This document shows, piece after piece, positions 52,061 to 64,000 of a stretch of DNA of 64,000 bases (positions within the stretch are counted from its first letter, which is position 1; each line of letters begins with the position of its first letter). Under the pieces are notes generated by a model. The model saw nothing but the letters and a program-made list of their open reading frames with translations. It was not told the DNA's origin and did no database searches. Source of the DNA: Azolla caroliniana. Lineage: Eukaryota; Plantae; Polypodiophyta. The translations under genes and the position numbers were made by a program. The stretch lies in the NCBI GenBank assembly GCA_043228905.1, contig JBHGNT010000015.1, positions 8,494,001 to 8,558,000 of the forward strand. Direction: 5' to 3'.

Positions 52061-52742
52061 TGGAGGTGGTGTAATACGATTCGGAATAGTGTTGTCTTGA
52101 TATGGTTCGAGAAGAGAACTATAAAAAACCGGATGTATTCGTGGTTGCGGACGTAGATCAAGACGAAAAGTGACATCATTAATTTTTTCAATAATACGGA
52201 AAGGACCTAATCGTCGATAATCCAATTTATCGCATGGTTGAGTAGTCTTGATGTGGTGTCGTAATAGCCATACCCAATTTCCAATGTTAAAACAAGATGG
52301 AAGTCGATGATGATCCGCATAATTCTTCTGCGTTTGTTGAGCTTGATGTAAATGGGTTGATAGGTCTGCCTGTATCTTGCGTGGTCGCTCCAAATGATCC
52401 TCTTCACGAGGATTTGTGGGTAACTCTGGAGTTTCGAATACACACCACTGAGGATGATAGCCTGTATAAGCATAAAATGGTGTAACCCTAGTCCATGAGT
52501 GGATAGAGTTATTATAGGCAAATTCGACAAAGTGGAGAATATCTGCCCAATCATCTTGTTGATAACTTAGAAAACACTGAAGATATTGTTCTAGCATTTG
52601 ATTTGTTCGTTCTGCTTGTCTGTCTATTTGAGGGTGATAGCCGGAGGAGAGGTTACAAGTGACTTTGAGCATTTTGAAGAGATGCTTCCAAAATTTCGAG
52701 ACGAATTCAGGTCCACGGTTGCTGATGATACTATCTCAAAGG

Positions 52743-55700
52743 TGTTAAGAAACAAGCCAACAAAAGCATGTGATGCTTATTGGTAACCGAGATCTTCTAT
52801 AGTAGCGATTAGGATATTAGCTACTATTAGACATATAAGTAAAACAATTATTTAGTTGTTCACAACTATTTATCTACTCACAACTAATTAGCTAAATATG
52901 TAAGTCACTTAAATATACTTAGGTAAAAAAGTAGGAAAAGTAAGAAGGAGAAAACAGAAAACAGACGAGAGAGTTTTTCTCTGTGTAATGAAATAGAACG
53001 GTTTTGGGCTACTATAGAGGTGAGTCTCCTTCCCCCCTTTTTTCTTTCTCTTGAACGCACAAATGATCCTGCACATCACGATCCGTTGTGCACTAAGAAG
53101 AGTCGTTGCGCCTTTGTAACATGGTATCCGTGCATAGTTGCTTGTAAAGGATAGACTATACAGATCTGAGAAGATTTCTCTGGTTACTGATCTGAATAAG
53201 AGAGTTGCTTGTTGAAGTTAGATGGCTGCTGAAAATGGAAGCCAAATAGTCACAGAAAAATTGGATAAAAACAAATTCCCTGCGTGGAAATTCAGAATGA
53301 CAAATTTCCTGATGGGAAAAGGATATTGGGATTACATTGAAGGAGACCTAGAAGAGGCTCCAGAGATCCTTGAAGAAAATGCAACTACGGCACAGATCAA
53401 AGCATTTAAGGATTGGAATCAAGGGGCAAGAAGAGTATTGCATTGGTTGTCACTTAGCATCTCAGATTCGATGCTTGGACATATACAAGATGCTCTGCTT
53501 CCAAAAGAAGCTTGGGACAGTTTGGTGAAATTGTTTGTAATAAATACAAAGGCAAGAAAACTTCAATTGAAGACTGAACTAAATACCTTGGAAAAAGGTA
53601 AGATGTCAGTCAATGAGTATGCTTTGAAAATAAAGAGTATATGTGAGTCACTTGCTTCAATTAATGTGAAGGTAGAAGATGATGATAAAGTAGAAGTATG
53701 CTTAAGAGGCTTAGGACCTCAATATAAAAGCTTCAAAACATCCATTCTCACAAGGGATAGTATCCCAAGTTTTGCAGATCTGGTTTCAATGCTTGTAGTG
53801 GAAGAAAGAAATCAGATTGAAGACATAAACAAAGGAAACTCTGAGATTGAGGGGCAAACTCTCTACAATAGTGCTGGAAGAGGCCATGGGAGATTTGGTT
53901 CAACTAGAACCAATAATAATTATTAAGGAAGAGGACAACAAGCTATAAGTGGAAGAAACGACATTAGAGGCAGGGGGAGCAATTGAGGCAGAGGTAAGCA
54001 AACTTATTTGAATGATGATGGTTGTTGGTATCATGGAAAACTAGGTCATATATAGGCTGAATGTTATAAAAAAAAGAATAAAAAGAGGGAAGAGACAACA
54101 AAATAATTATGCTTCAACTAATGAAAACTGTGACAAGGAAGGTGCTTTTGGGATGCAACATGAGACAACAACAATGGTTAAAAGTTCACAGAGATGTAAT
54201 GAAGATTATATGTGGTATGTAGATTTTGGGGCATCTAATCATATGACAGGACATGCAAACTAGTTTGAAAGTCTAATAGAACCAAAGATCCCTGGTTATG
54301 TACAGACAGGTGATAACATTACTCATACGATCGAGCATGTTGGAGATATTCCATTATGGGAAGAAATGGGAAAAACAAAGTATATGCTGAATGTTCCAAA
54401 CCTTGCAAAAAATCTGATTTCTGTTGGAAAGATAGTAGAGCAAGGAATGCAAGTAAAGTTTAAGCAAAGGGAGTGCTTTGTAAAGAAACATGGAAAGCTG
54501 ATTGCAAAAAGAAAATATCAAGGAAGAATGTTTGTTTTAGATGTGGATATATGCCTAAAAAGATTACAACCATGTTTGCAAGAGGAATGAATGTAATCTC
54601 AGATGTAGAAATGTGACATAAACGAATCAGACACATAAGTATGCAAACTTTGCAAAATATGTTGAGGAAAAATGTTGTGGCTGGATTGCCTAAGTTGAAA
54701 GACTACGAGATGAGCAAACTATGTGAAGCATGTCAATATTGAAAGCAAAACAGGCTGCCTTTCCCTCATGAAGGACATATAAGCAAAAACTTGTTGGATT
54801 TGGTACATACTGATGTATGGGGACCAACAAAAAATGTCTCAATTGGTGGTTGCAGGTTTTATGTAACATTCATTGATGATTGCTCAAGGAAAACATGGGT
54901 TTACTTCATGAAAGAGAAGAGTGAAGTATTTGATTGAATTTGTAAGTTCAAATGCATGGTAGAAAAGCATGCTGGGACTAGAATAAAATGCTTAAGGTCT
55001 GATGGAGGAGGAGAATACTTCTGAAATGAATTTTCTGATTTTTTATGCAATCAAGGAATAAGGAGACAATTCACATGTAGATATACTCAACAACAAAATG
55101 GAGTGGTCGAGAGAAAAAACAGAACTGTGGTAAACATAGTAAGAGCTTTGATGACAGAAAAAAATATGCCATTGTATTACCGGGTTGAGGCTGTAAACAC
55201 AACAAACTATATTCTAAATAGATGTATAACATCTGGAGTACATGTAGTAACTCCTGAAGAATGTTTCTTTAGGACACTTAAAAGTGTTTGGATGCCTTGC
55301 TTATGTTCATGTAGTAAACTTGATCCAAAAGCTGAAAAATGTGTTTTCGTGGGATATTCAGAGGAGCAAAAAGGGTATTGATGTTATAACCCTTTGACAA
55401 AAAAGATTGTAGTAAGTCGTGATGTGATATTTGATGAGTTGGGTAGTTGGTACAACCCAAAACAAAATGTAGAAACTAATGAAGACAATGAAAATGAAGA
55501 CATGGATAAATTTGAAAATGGAAGAGATTACCATGGAAATAAGGTTGGACAACAAAGTTCAACATCAATAGCATGTACTAGACCATCTAAAAATTCAAGC
55601 AGTAAATCTGACTCAAATGCTTGGAGTGGAAAAAATGTAAGACATAAAAAATATGATGATAAAAAGGGAAAATAGAAGATGCCAGAATATGAAATGTTTG

Positions 55701-57575
55701 ATGAAGGATCTAGAAACGTGGAAGATGTAGATTCAGATGTATCATTGGATGATGATCTGGGTACACAAGCCTTGAAAATCCCTGGCATTGAAAAAGCAAT
55801 GAAAGATGCACATCAGAAACCGAGAAGATCAGATAGAGAGAAAAAAACTATTGAAAGATTTGGTTATGATACATAAATGGCTATGCATTATGCATATATG
55901 TCTAAAGTGGTATAGATCCCTGATCCAAATAGTTTTGAAGAAGCAAAAGCTGAGAAGAAATGGGTGAATGCAATGCAAGAAGAAATAGATGCATTGGTTG
56001 AAAACAAAACATGGGATTTGGTAAAGTTACCAAAAGGAAAAAATGTGGTAGGTTGCAAATGGGTCTACAAAACAAAACATGATTCAAATGGGAATGTAAG
56101 TAGACACAAAGCAAGACTTCTTGCAAAGGGATATGCCTAAATGCAAGGAATTGATTATGATGAGACATTTGCACTGGTTGCAAAAATGGCAACCTTGAGG
56201 ACACTACTTGCTGTAAGTGCAGCCAAAAGATGGTTTTTGCACCATATGGATGTAAAAAATACTTTTTTACATGGTAACTTGGAAGAGGAAGTTTACATGT
56301 GTCAACCACCAAGTTTTGGAGATAAGAAGCATCCAGAATATGTTTGTACGCTGAAAAAGGCTCTCTATGGACTGAAACAAGCACCAAGAGCATGGCACAA
56401 GGAATTTTCAGAATCTTTGGAAAAAATTGCTTTCAAAATGTCAAAGGTTGATCCATCATTGTATGTAAAAAGGATAAATGACTACATTGTTGTTATTTTG
56501 ATTTATGTAGATGATTTAATCATTGGAGGTGATACTACGGATGAAATAAGCAAGTTGAAGAAAAATCAGGAAATGTAGTTTCATATGAAGGATTTGGGAG
56601 AGTTGAAATACTTTCTTGGTATTGAGATGATCAGATCTAAAAGTGGAATATATATGTAACAACTATGTTGAAAAAATATGGAATGCTTGGATGCAAATCT
56701 ATTGATGTACCACTGGATAAGACCTGCAAATTGAAGGCTGATTGGGGAGCCAAAATAGCATATGTGAAATGTACAGGTCTATGGTGGGCAACCTCATATA
56801 TTTGACTATAATAAGACCTTATTTGAGTTATGCGGTTGGATTAGTCAACCAGTTTATGCAACAGCCAACAAAGTCACATTTGGACTGCATTAGAAGAATT
56901 TTGAGGTATGTAAAAGCTACTCAAAACTATGGAATGTTTTACAAGGCTGATCTGGACATAAAGTTGGAAGGATATATAGATGTTGATTGGGCTGGAAGCC
57001 AAACTGATAGAAGATCCACAAGTGGATATATGTTTACATTGGGAAGTGCAGTTATTTCATGGAGTAGCAAGAAACAACCTATTGTTGCATTATCAAGCAT
57101 TGGTATAAGCATTGGTATGATAGCGTAAAAGCATGATGGAAAAGAAGACTAATGATGATCTCAAGAGTGGATAAGTTGAGCTTGAGGGGGAGTGTTAAGA
57201 AACAAGCTCAACAAAAGCATGTGATGCTTATTGGTAACTGAGATCTTCTATAGTAGCTATTCGGAAATTAGCTACTATTAGACATATAGGTAAAACAACT
57301 ATTTAGATACTCGCAGTTAATTAGCTGAATATGTAAGTCACTTATATACTTAGGTAAAAAAGTAGGAAAAGTAGAGTGAGAGAAGTAAGAAGGAGAAAAC
57401 AAAAAATAGAAAACAGACGAGAGAGTTTTTCTCTATGTAATGAAACAAAATAGTTTTGGGCTACTAAAGAGGTGAGTCTCCTTTCCCCCTTTTTTCTTTC
57501 TCTCTTGAACACACAAACCATCCTGCACATCACGATCCACTGTGCACTAAGAAGAGTCGTAGCGCCTTCGTAACA
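52743..57575 (+). mobile_element. A-rich decayed Copia nested in the chromovirus integrase
   Basis: LTRs 52743-53121 and 57193-57575, PBS TGGTATCCGTGC, PPT TTGAGGGGGAG. Gag 53222-53926, IN, RT (IYVDD), RNase H truncated after IVALSS. TSD eroded (AAAGG/GCAGG). Confidence 0.93.
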
Positions 57576-60500
57576 GCAGGCCATGATGTCGAAATACCCC
57601 ACGCATGACAATTTCGACAGTTTCTTCACTAGTGATTTCCTTAGTACAAGGTAAGAAATGTGTCATCTTAGTATATCGATCTACAACTGTTAAAATCATA
57701 TCAAATCCCTTTGAAATTGGAAGATCTATGATAATATCTAGAGCTTGCTTGGATTTGGTAATGGTTCCAATAAACCATATGGATGATGTCTTGGCATCTT
57801 TTCTCTGCAACTTGTATCACATGTCCGAACATAGTCTTCGATAAATTGTTGCATATGAGGCCACCAAAATGATTGTTGTACTAAATCCAACGTTTTAGTA
57901 CTACCAAAATGTCTAGTTGTATATGTGTCATGACAATTTTGGACTACTTGAAGGGGACAAGAACCATTGGGAACATACAAGAGCTTCTTAAAGAATAATA
58001 ATCCATCATGACATTCTAATTGTCAATAGTTTGTACCTGGTGTTTGCAACTGTGAACAAAATGCTACCAAGGGCGAAATCCGACGTGTTTGTCAATAGTT
58101 AATTTCAGTGGCGTCAAACTTGTGTGAGTGGAAAGCCATAGGATGTAGTTTTTCATCGTCGCCTTGTTGTGACAAAATGCTACCAAGGGCGAAATCCAAC
58201 GTGTTTGCCTCAATGATGAACAATTTTTTTGGATCAACATGAGCTAGAATTGGAGTTGATGTAAATGCTTTTTTAAGACTCACAAAAGCTGTGTCCGCTT
58301 CCTTAGACCAAACAAACGACTGCCCCTTCTTGGTAAGCTGTATGAGAGCCAAAATAAGGTTTGAGTAGTCTTGTATAAACTTGCGGTAGAAATTTGCGAA
58401 GCATAAAAAATATTGCACATCTCGCGACGAACGTGGAGTCTACCACTCTACCACAGTTTTGACCTTAGCTGGATCCATAGAGATACCTTCCGAGGAGATG
58501 ACATAACATAGAAATTCCACCTAGTTGCACCCAAAACTACATTTTTCCAGTTTTGAATAAAGCCCATGTTCTCGAGGTCGTTTTAGTACTAATAGTACAT
58601 GAGAAGAATCATGCTCTTCTTAAGTCTTTGAATAAACTAGTAGATCATCCAAATAGATGATCAAACACATATCTAAGAGATCTCGGAATATATAATTTCC
58701 CATGTGCTGGAAGACTGTTGGCGCATTGGTGAGACTGAATGGCATAACCGTATACTCAAAGTGTCCATATCGGGTGCGAAAGCGGTCTTCCGTTCATCTC
58801 CTGGTTGGATCCGTACTAGGTTATATGCTCCTCGTAAGTCGATCTTTGTGAAGAACATCCGTTCTAAAAGACTCTAGATAAGGGGAAGTGCATACCTATT
58901 CCTGATGGTGATATGATTTAAGCCATGGTAATCCACAACGAGATGAAGTGATCCATCCTTTTTCTTGACAAAGAATGGGTGCGTTGGCTAGAGATTTCGA
59001 ATGTTGAATGAACCCTTTTTCCAAATTCCCCTCTATGTAGGCTCGAAGAACTTCTAGCTCGGTTGGTGACAAGTTGTAGATCGTTCCCCATGGTGGCTCT
59101 TCTCCTGGTTGTAAATCAATGGGACAATCATATGGTCGATGGTGAGGAAGAGTACGGGCTTGTACCTTATCAAACATGTCAGCATAATGATGATACTTCT
59201 CTGGAAGTTGAACTATGGATTCCTCTTTAGTGGTGTTGGAAGGGTTTACTGATACTGAGAATACAAACATTGATTCCTTGCATCCTTCCTCACGCAATTT
59301 GATGTAGCGAAATGGTTGAAATTCAATGAGTAGATACTTAGGTTTGTCGATACTGGAGTTCTCTTGTTCTCCAATCTATGTATGGGTTATATTATTCGAA
59401 CCATGGTAACCCCAAGACATTTGGATGCTCTGGACTACTGATATTTTAAATGATACTACATACACCAAAATATCTAGGACAACCTGAATCGGCTTTGACT
59501 CTTCTACGATATTTCCAGAAGCAATGGGGCCACCATCAATGCCTACTATTGATGCTGGGGAAAAGGGATATCTGATGAGTTGGGCCAAAATTCCTATCCA
59601 TGAAGCAAGAATTGGCTCTGGAATCTAAGAGTGCTAAGACATGTACTGGAGGGGTACTTTTAGTACTAACTATTACTTGAGCTAAGAACACATTGCTAAC
59701 TTGCTTAGAGGGAATGGAACCACTAATGGGCTGCACAGATCTAGGGTTGCCCAACCAAACCGCTCCTATTTTGACTAGACTTAGTTGTTTAACTCTTCTT
59801 CTAATTGACTAAGGACTTCAAATTTGTTTGATAGACAGGGGTTATTAGTACTATTAGGACTATTAGACACTCATATTGAAATAGACTCGGGTTTCGTACA
59901 AGCTACTATTTGATTTACCTGTCTTCTTGGCCTATGTGGACAGTTTACTGCGATATGCCCTAGTCCTCCATAGTAAAGACATAATCGATTTGCACGGTGT
60001 CATTGCTTTTCTTCTTCCGACAATGGTCCACGATGACGTGTGGCGTCGATTTCCATCGGTGTTGGAGTATTTTCCGGAGATGCATTATATGACTCCCTTC
60101 CAAATGGTTTTGCTACGACCGAGGCATATGTGGGCTCCGACCTGGTCCTTGGCATTTGTAACTAGCGTTCCGAACGTCGTTCAAAAAGCCAATTATTGCA
60201 TCGTACTGCTCGATTGATTGCCTCCGTGAGCCATTTTGGTTCTTCGGGGAAAGTCAGGAGTAAGTCTTTGACATCATTTCGTAGGCCGTATCGAAATTGC
60301 TCCATCAATGCTTGATCATCGTAGGGGATATTGGAGGCAAGTAGATGGAAATCTGCAACGTAAGCAGAGGCTGGACGATCACCTTGACGTAATTGTCAGA
60401 TTTTGTTGATTGTTATTGTTATGCTATTAGTATCTCCAAAACAAGCTTTAAACTCGCTTATAAACTCTTCAAAATTAATTAGTAATGGAGATCTTTTTTC

Positions 60501-60988
60501 TAACAATGGAGTGAACCATGCCAAAGTTGAGCCGCTCAGCAACGTGCCTACTAGACCCACTCATAATGCATTGGTGGGATATTGGAAGGATGTATTTGAA
60601 TGACTAATTGTACCTTATTAAGGAATCCTCTAAACAGTGATCGCATTCCATCGAATTTCATAGGAAGGACGATCTTGGGATCTTTATGAATCCCTTGAGT
60701 ACTTGGTCCTTGTTGTTGCAATGTTACAATGGTTGCTTTAAGTTGTTGCACGCATAACGCCAGCTCCCCATGTTGTTGTTGTGCTTGTTGCTTTTCTAAA
60801 GAGATTTGTTGAAGATCCCCCAACAAGCGTTGATTTTCTTGTTCCAATGCGACAAACCTTTCTTTCAAGAACTACAACTTTGAGAAAATAGATTGGTATT
60901 CTTGAGTGCTAACAGTTGCCATAGTATTGGAGGAAGGAAGGATAAGAAGATTAGTATGAAGGGAAGAAGGGATACGAAGCTGAAGACT

Positions 60989-61000
60989 AATTCGGTTCAA
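60989..61000 (-). promoter_or_regulatory. Self-priming-type primer binding site of the chromovirus
   Basis: Minus-strand TTGAACCGAATT, 2 nt inside the 5' LTR edge. It is not a TGG.. tRNA PBS, and is 11/12 complementary to the LTR segment at 61211-61222. Confidence 0.7.
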
Positions 61001-61096
61001 ACTATCAGGGATAGTACTAGAGGCGAGGAGAATTAGTACTAAAGATAGAGGAGAAGAATGAGTATAGTACTAAGAAAGGAAAGAGTGTGTGAGAAC

Positions 61097-61099
<3 letters not shown>

Positions 61100-61141
<42 letters not shown>
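61100..61141. repeat. (GA)n microsatellite in the chromovirus LTR (also 46252-46291)
   Basis: Direct observation in both LTRs. Confidence 0.9.
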
Positions 61142-61145
<4 letters not shown>

Positions 61146-61358
61146 GGCAATGGAAGATATATATTATAATTAGAAAGATACAAGAACAACTAGGAGGCTT
61201 AAGACTGACGTTGAACTGAATTGGTTCTCAATAATGCCATGTGCCTCTTTTTATCGTGTGCTTAGGAGTACTCTTGACATTTCTAGAATGTTCTAGAGAA
61301 ATCTAGAATATACATGAAATAATAAAATTAAAGAAAACAATATTCTTCATATTACAAT

Positions 61359-61883
61359 TATGAGGAATGGTGCGGAATATTGCTCGGCCACAACCGAGTC
61401 TTGAATCACTTCGATAAGAGTGCAACACAGGAATGGGAATAGATGTACACAAAAAAAAAGGAGTACACAGGTTGTTTACGTGGAAAACCCTAAATGGGAA
61501 AAACCACGGGAGCCCACAGACTCCGAACTATCATTATGAAGAGAAGGGGTACAATCAGAGACTCGTAGGCAACGACCTCGAGCTTGGTTTCTTCGCGACA
61601 GGCGGCGGTTACAACAGTGTATCGCTCTGTATCTCTCTCCCTCTCTCTCTGTCGCTCTCTCTATACAACAGTTACAACAACAATAACGACTACAACCTTA
61701 ACCTCATACAGTGATTGCCCTAAGTCATATTTATACTTATATGAACTTAGGGCTATTTACAAATATAGCCTCAATGGGCTTACTTAGAAACATATTTACA
61801 GATATGTCTTCTACATCCGGTTCTCACCGGGTCTTCTATGTCCGGTTCTCAAGATCCCATCCAGAGGGACAGAAATCCCAACA
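61359..61883 (-). mobile_element. Solo Tork-like Copia LTR inside the chromovirus 5' LTR
   Basis: Shares CTCGGCCACAACCGAG, TTTACGTGGAAAACCC and GGCTATTTACAAATATAGCC with the LTRs at 46817 and 51499; TSD ACAAT. Confidence 0.85.
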
Positions 61884-61884
61884 A

Positions 61885-61949
61885 CAATGTATAGCTTAAT
61901 GGTAGGGCGTCAACCCCTGTGACTCAAGGTCATGGGTTCAAATCCTTTT
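61885..61949 (+). ncRNA. tRNA-derived (SINE-head-like) Pol III cassette in the chromovirus 5' LTR
   Basis: A box TAGCTTAATGG (61892), D arm GCTT/GGGC, variable loop AGGTC, B box GGTTCAAATCC (61935, 43 nt from the A box), then TTTT. Anticodon and acceptor stems do not pair. Confidence 0.65.
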
Positions 61950-62918
61950 GAAGCCATACCATGCTATATCATGACACCTAGCACCTCGGTTCGGTGCAAT
62001 AAGATTAGCTGTCCTCACAAAGGAGAATCCTTCCTCCTTCGATCTCCATTCGATGCTACGGGTTGAAGAAAATCACGTCCGAACGAGGAGCATTGTATCG
62101 GAAGGACACATGCTCTATTCGAATTCGGATGGAGGAAGGGGATGTGGTTGTGGAAGAAGAGGTTGATTCAGTCAAGGATGAAACAAGCAAGGACAACCCC
62201 ACGAACAAAACTTCTACTATTGTAAAGATATTAGAAATACATGAGGAACGTTCGGTAGACGGGGGTGCCATCATGTTGGACCAAGCCGATAGAACAATTC
62301 AGTTGAGTACAGATATTGTGGAAAATTCTGCCACTATGAGGTAGAGTGCCAGAAAAAGAAGAGTGAGTCGGTTTTCACAAGTCGACAACTCACCAACTAT
62401 GCCACTAACTCTGACTATGACGATCGTGGTAGTATGCTCATGATGAGGCATAGAGTGAACTCAATGTCGGCATCCGGCCCGACCAACACCTACAATCTGG
62501 AAAATGTATGGTTTGTCGACTCTAGCACGTTGAATCGCATGATTTTTTATGAAGATTAGTTCCATGAATTGCGAAAGCCCAACTACCCTGACTATGTGGA
62601 AACTGAGGATGACACAATTCACCCTATTCAACATGTTGGCAATGTCCCATTCGGGAAAGATGGTGAACAAACCTACATCAAAAGTTTCTTGCATGTTCCG
62701 ACCATAATGAAGAATTTGGTCTCGGTCAGCCGGATTGTGGAACAAGGCATGCAAGTTCGGTTTAATCATGGAGGCTGCTTTATTGAGAAGGAAGGCCGCC
62801 TCATCACTCGAGGATGAAGAGAAGGTTGGATGTTCATTCTCAGCTCTCACAAGATGTAATCGGCAATGTTCGCAAAGGGCCATAAAGCCTGTTATATGTA
62901 GATAGACATGTACATAGT

Positions 62919-63600
62919 GTGAAAAGGCCAAAATGACGGGTGTTCTTATTTTTACTTTAGTTATTCTTTTGTAGCTATAGGGAGAGACAGAAAACCTCTC
63001 TATGATATACAGGCATAATAGATTGCAACCATCGTTTAGGATTTTTTGCTCTCTATTATTTCAGTTTCTGCATTCATACGATTAAGAAGAATTGTGGCTC
63101 TTTGCTCCACCGATTGATAACAGGATTGATAATAGTGGTATCAGAGCAAGGTTATGAGACTGCAATAGGAAAAGGAAAAGGGAAAACCCCATGGTAGTGG
63201 GCATGTTATACAGGTGATTGGTTCATCATCCTCAATTAAAATAGAGAAAATAAATGCTACATGTGATGATGGTGTTGACATTTTGGTTGTGGATGATGAT
63301 GCTACTTATGTTGAGGTGAATATAGCTCACTCACTTTTTCATACATGGTTGTTGGACTTTGGGGCTTCATTTCATGTGACCCCACATAGAGTGGTTCACA
63401 CGATATGAAGCTCAGCCACTTGATACAATCCAGCTTGGAGATTCACGTCAGTGTGATGTGGTTGGCATTGGAGATGTTCTGGTACAATTTTCTAATGGTT
63501 CTCAATTTCTTGTACAGAATGCACGTCATGTGCCTAGCTAACTCGTAGCTTGATGTCTATTGGATAGCTTGATGACATGGGACCTGTTGATACACCTACG
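62919..63600 (+). mobile_element. Very decayed Copia 5' remnant
   Basis: PBS TGGTATCAGAGC at 63136, protease-like WLLDFGASFHVTPHR, and VGIGDV..RHVP. The left boundary is uncertain. Confidence 0.7.
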
Positions 63601-63746
63601 AGCATGCCAACATACATACCATATCGCTTGTTTTACATATGCCTGTTGCACTTTTGTAGTATGTTTGGGGGATTGCAATACAACTCTCCCTGATGAGTGG
63701 AGAAAACAGGTAGGTAAATTTGTTGCTTGTCTCTATAGTGTATGTA

Positions 63747-64000
63747 GTAGCTAATTAGTTACAACTTAGCTAATTATCTAAGCAATATAAAGTGTGGTAG
63801 CTAATTAGCTATTGTGGTTCTATAGTGTAGTAGCTAATTAGCTAAAACGTAGCTAATTAGCTAAGCAGTATAAAGTATGGTAGCTAATTAGCTACTATGA
63901 ATCTATAGTATAGTAGCTAATTAGCTAGGTTGTAGCTAATTAGCTAAGCAATATCGAGTGTAACGAATTAGCTACTACCATACTTAAGTATAGTAGCTAA
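63747..64000. repeat. Array of palindromic TAGCTAATTAGCTA units running off the window
   Basis: About eight full or partial copies of the 14-bp perfect palindrome, separated by short AT-rich linkers. Confidence 0.85.

Larger units (their letters stand above)
46155..61976 (-). mobile_element. Ty3/Gypsy chromovirus (Tcn1-like), decayed, hosting three insertions
   Basis: LTRs 46155-46560 and 61003-61976, TSD CCTAG, G-rich PPT at 46561-46575. Order gag (KFDG..GFLN), protease (ALLDSRA), RT ([17 protein letters not shown]), RNase H, integrase (YHPQIDRQAERTNQ, LGPF) and chromodomain (YLVDWLGYSPSEHTWEP). Confidence 0.95.
45174..62918 (+). mobile_element. Old Copia element (outer layer of nest), 3'-truncated
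   Basis: LTR 45174-45529, PBS TGGTATCAAAG. Gag from 45686 is split at CLDGL|APRFGAIR by the Gypsy insertion and resumes at 61982. Protease remnant WFVDS and HVPTIMKNLVSV. Confidence 0.88.

Noticed and set aside
61885-61949. Functional tRNA gene
   Set aside because: Acceptor and anticodon stems do not pair; only promoter boxes, D arm and variable loop are retained.

Overview
Eukaryotic land-plant nuclear DNA, probably from a seed-free plant such as a fern, lycophyte or bryophyte (inferred from TE lineages only). One intact host gene is present: a 9-exon plastid terminal oxidase (PTOX/IMMUTANS) on the minus strand, 44598->20919, 358 aa. Its intron 2 is expanded to 21.8 kb by nested retroelements: a composite Copia, two inverted RTE-X-like LINE copies, a solo LTR, gag fragments and a young Tork/Tnt1-like Copia. 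The left 17.6 kb is the 3' part of a C-rich LTR element with unassigned accessory ORFs, carrying two related solo LTRs, a repeat-rich non-autonomous Gypsy derivative and a Copia. The right 19 kb is a three-layer nest: Copia > Tcn1-like chromovirus > two Copias plus a solo LTR. Most unusual signals: (i) the chromovirus has a Tf1-type self-priming PBS, and both its LTRs carry a tRNA-derived A-box/B-box/TTTT cassette; (ii) six copies of an ~85-nt repeat that folds with type III hammerhead topology but a non-canonical core; (iii) patchwork 100%-identity tracts between the inverted intronic LINEs. All alignments and coordinates were read by eye; no searches or folding programs were run.
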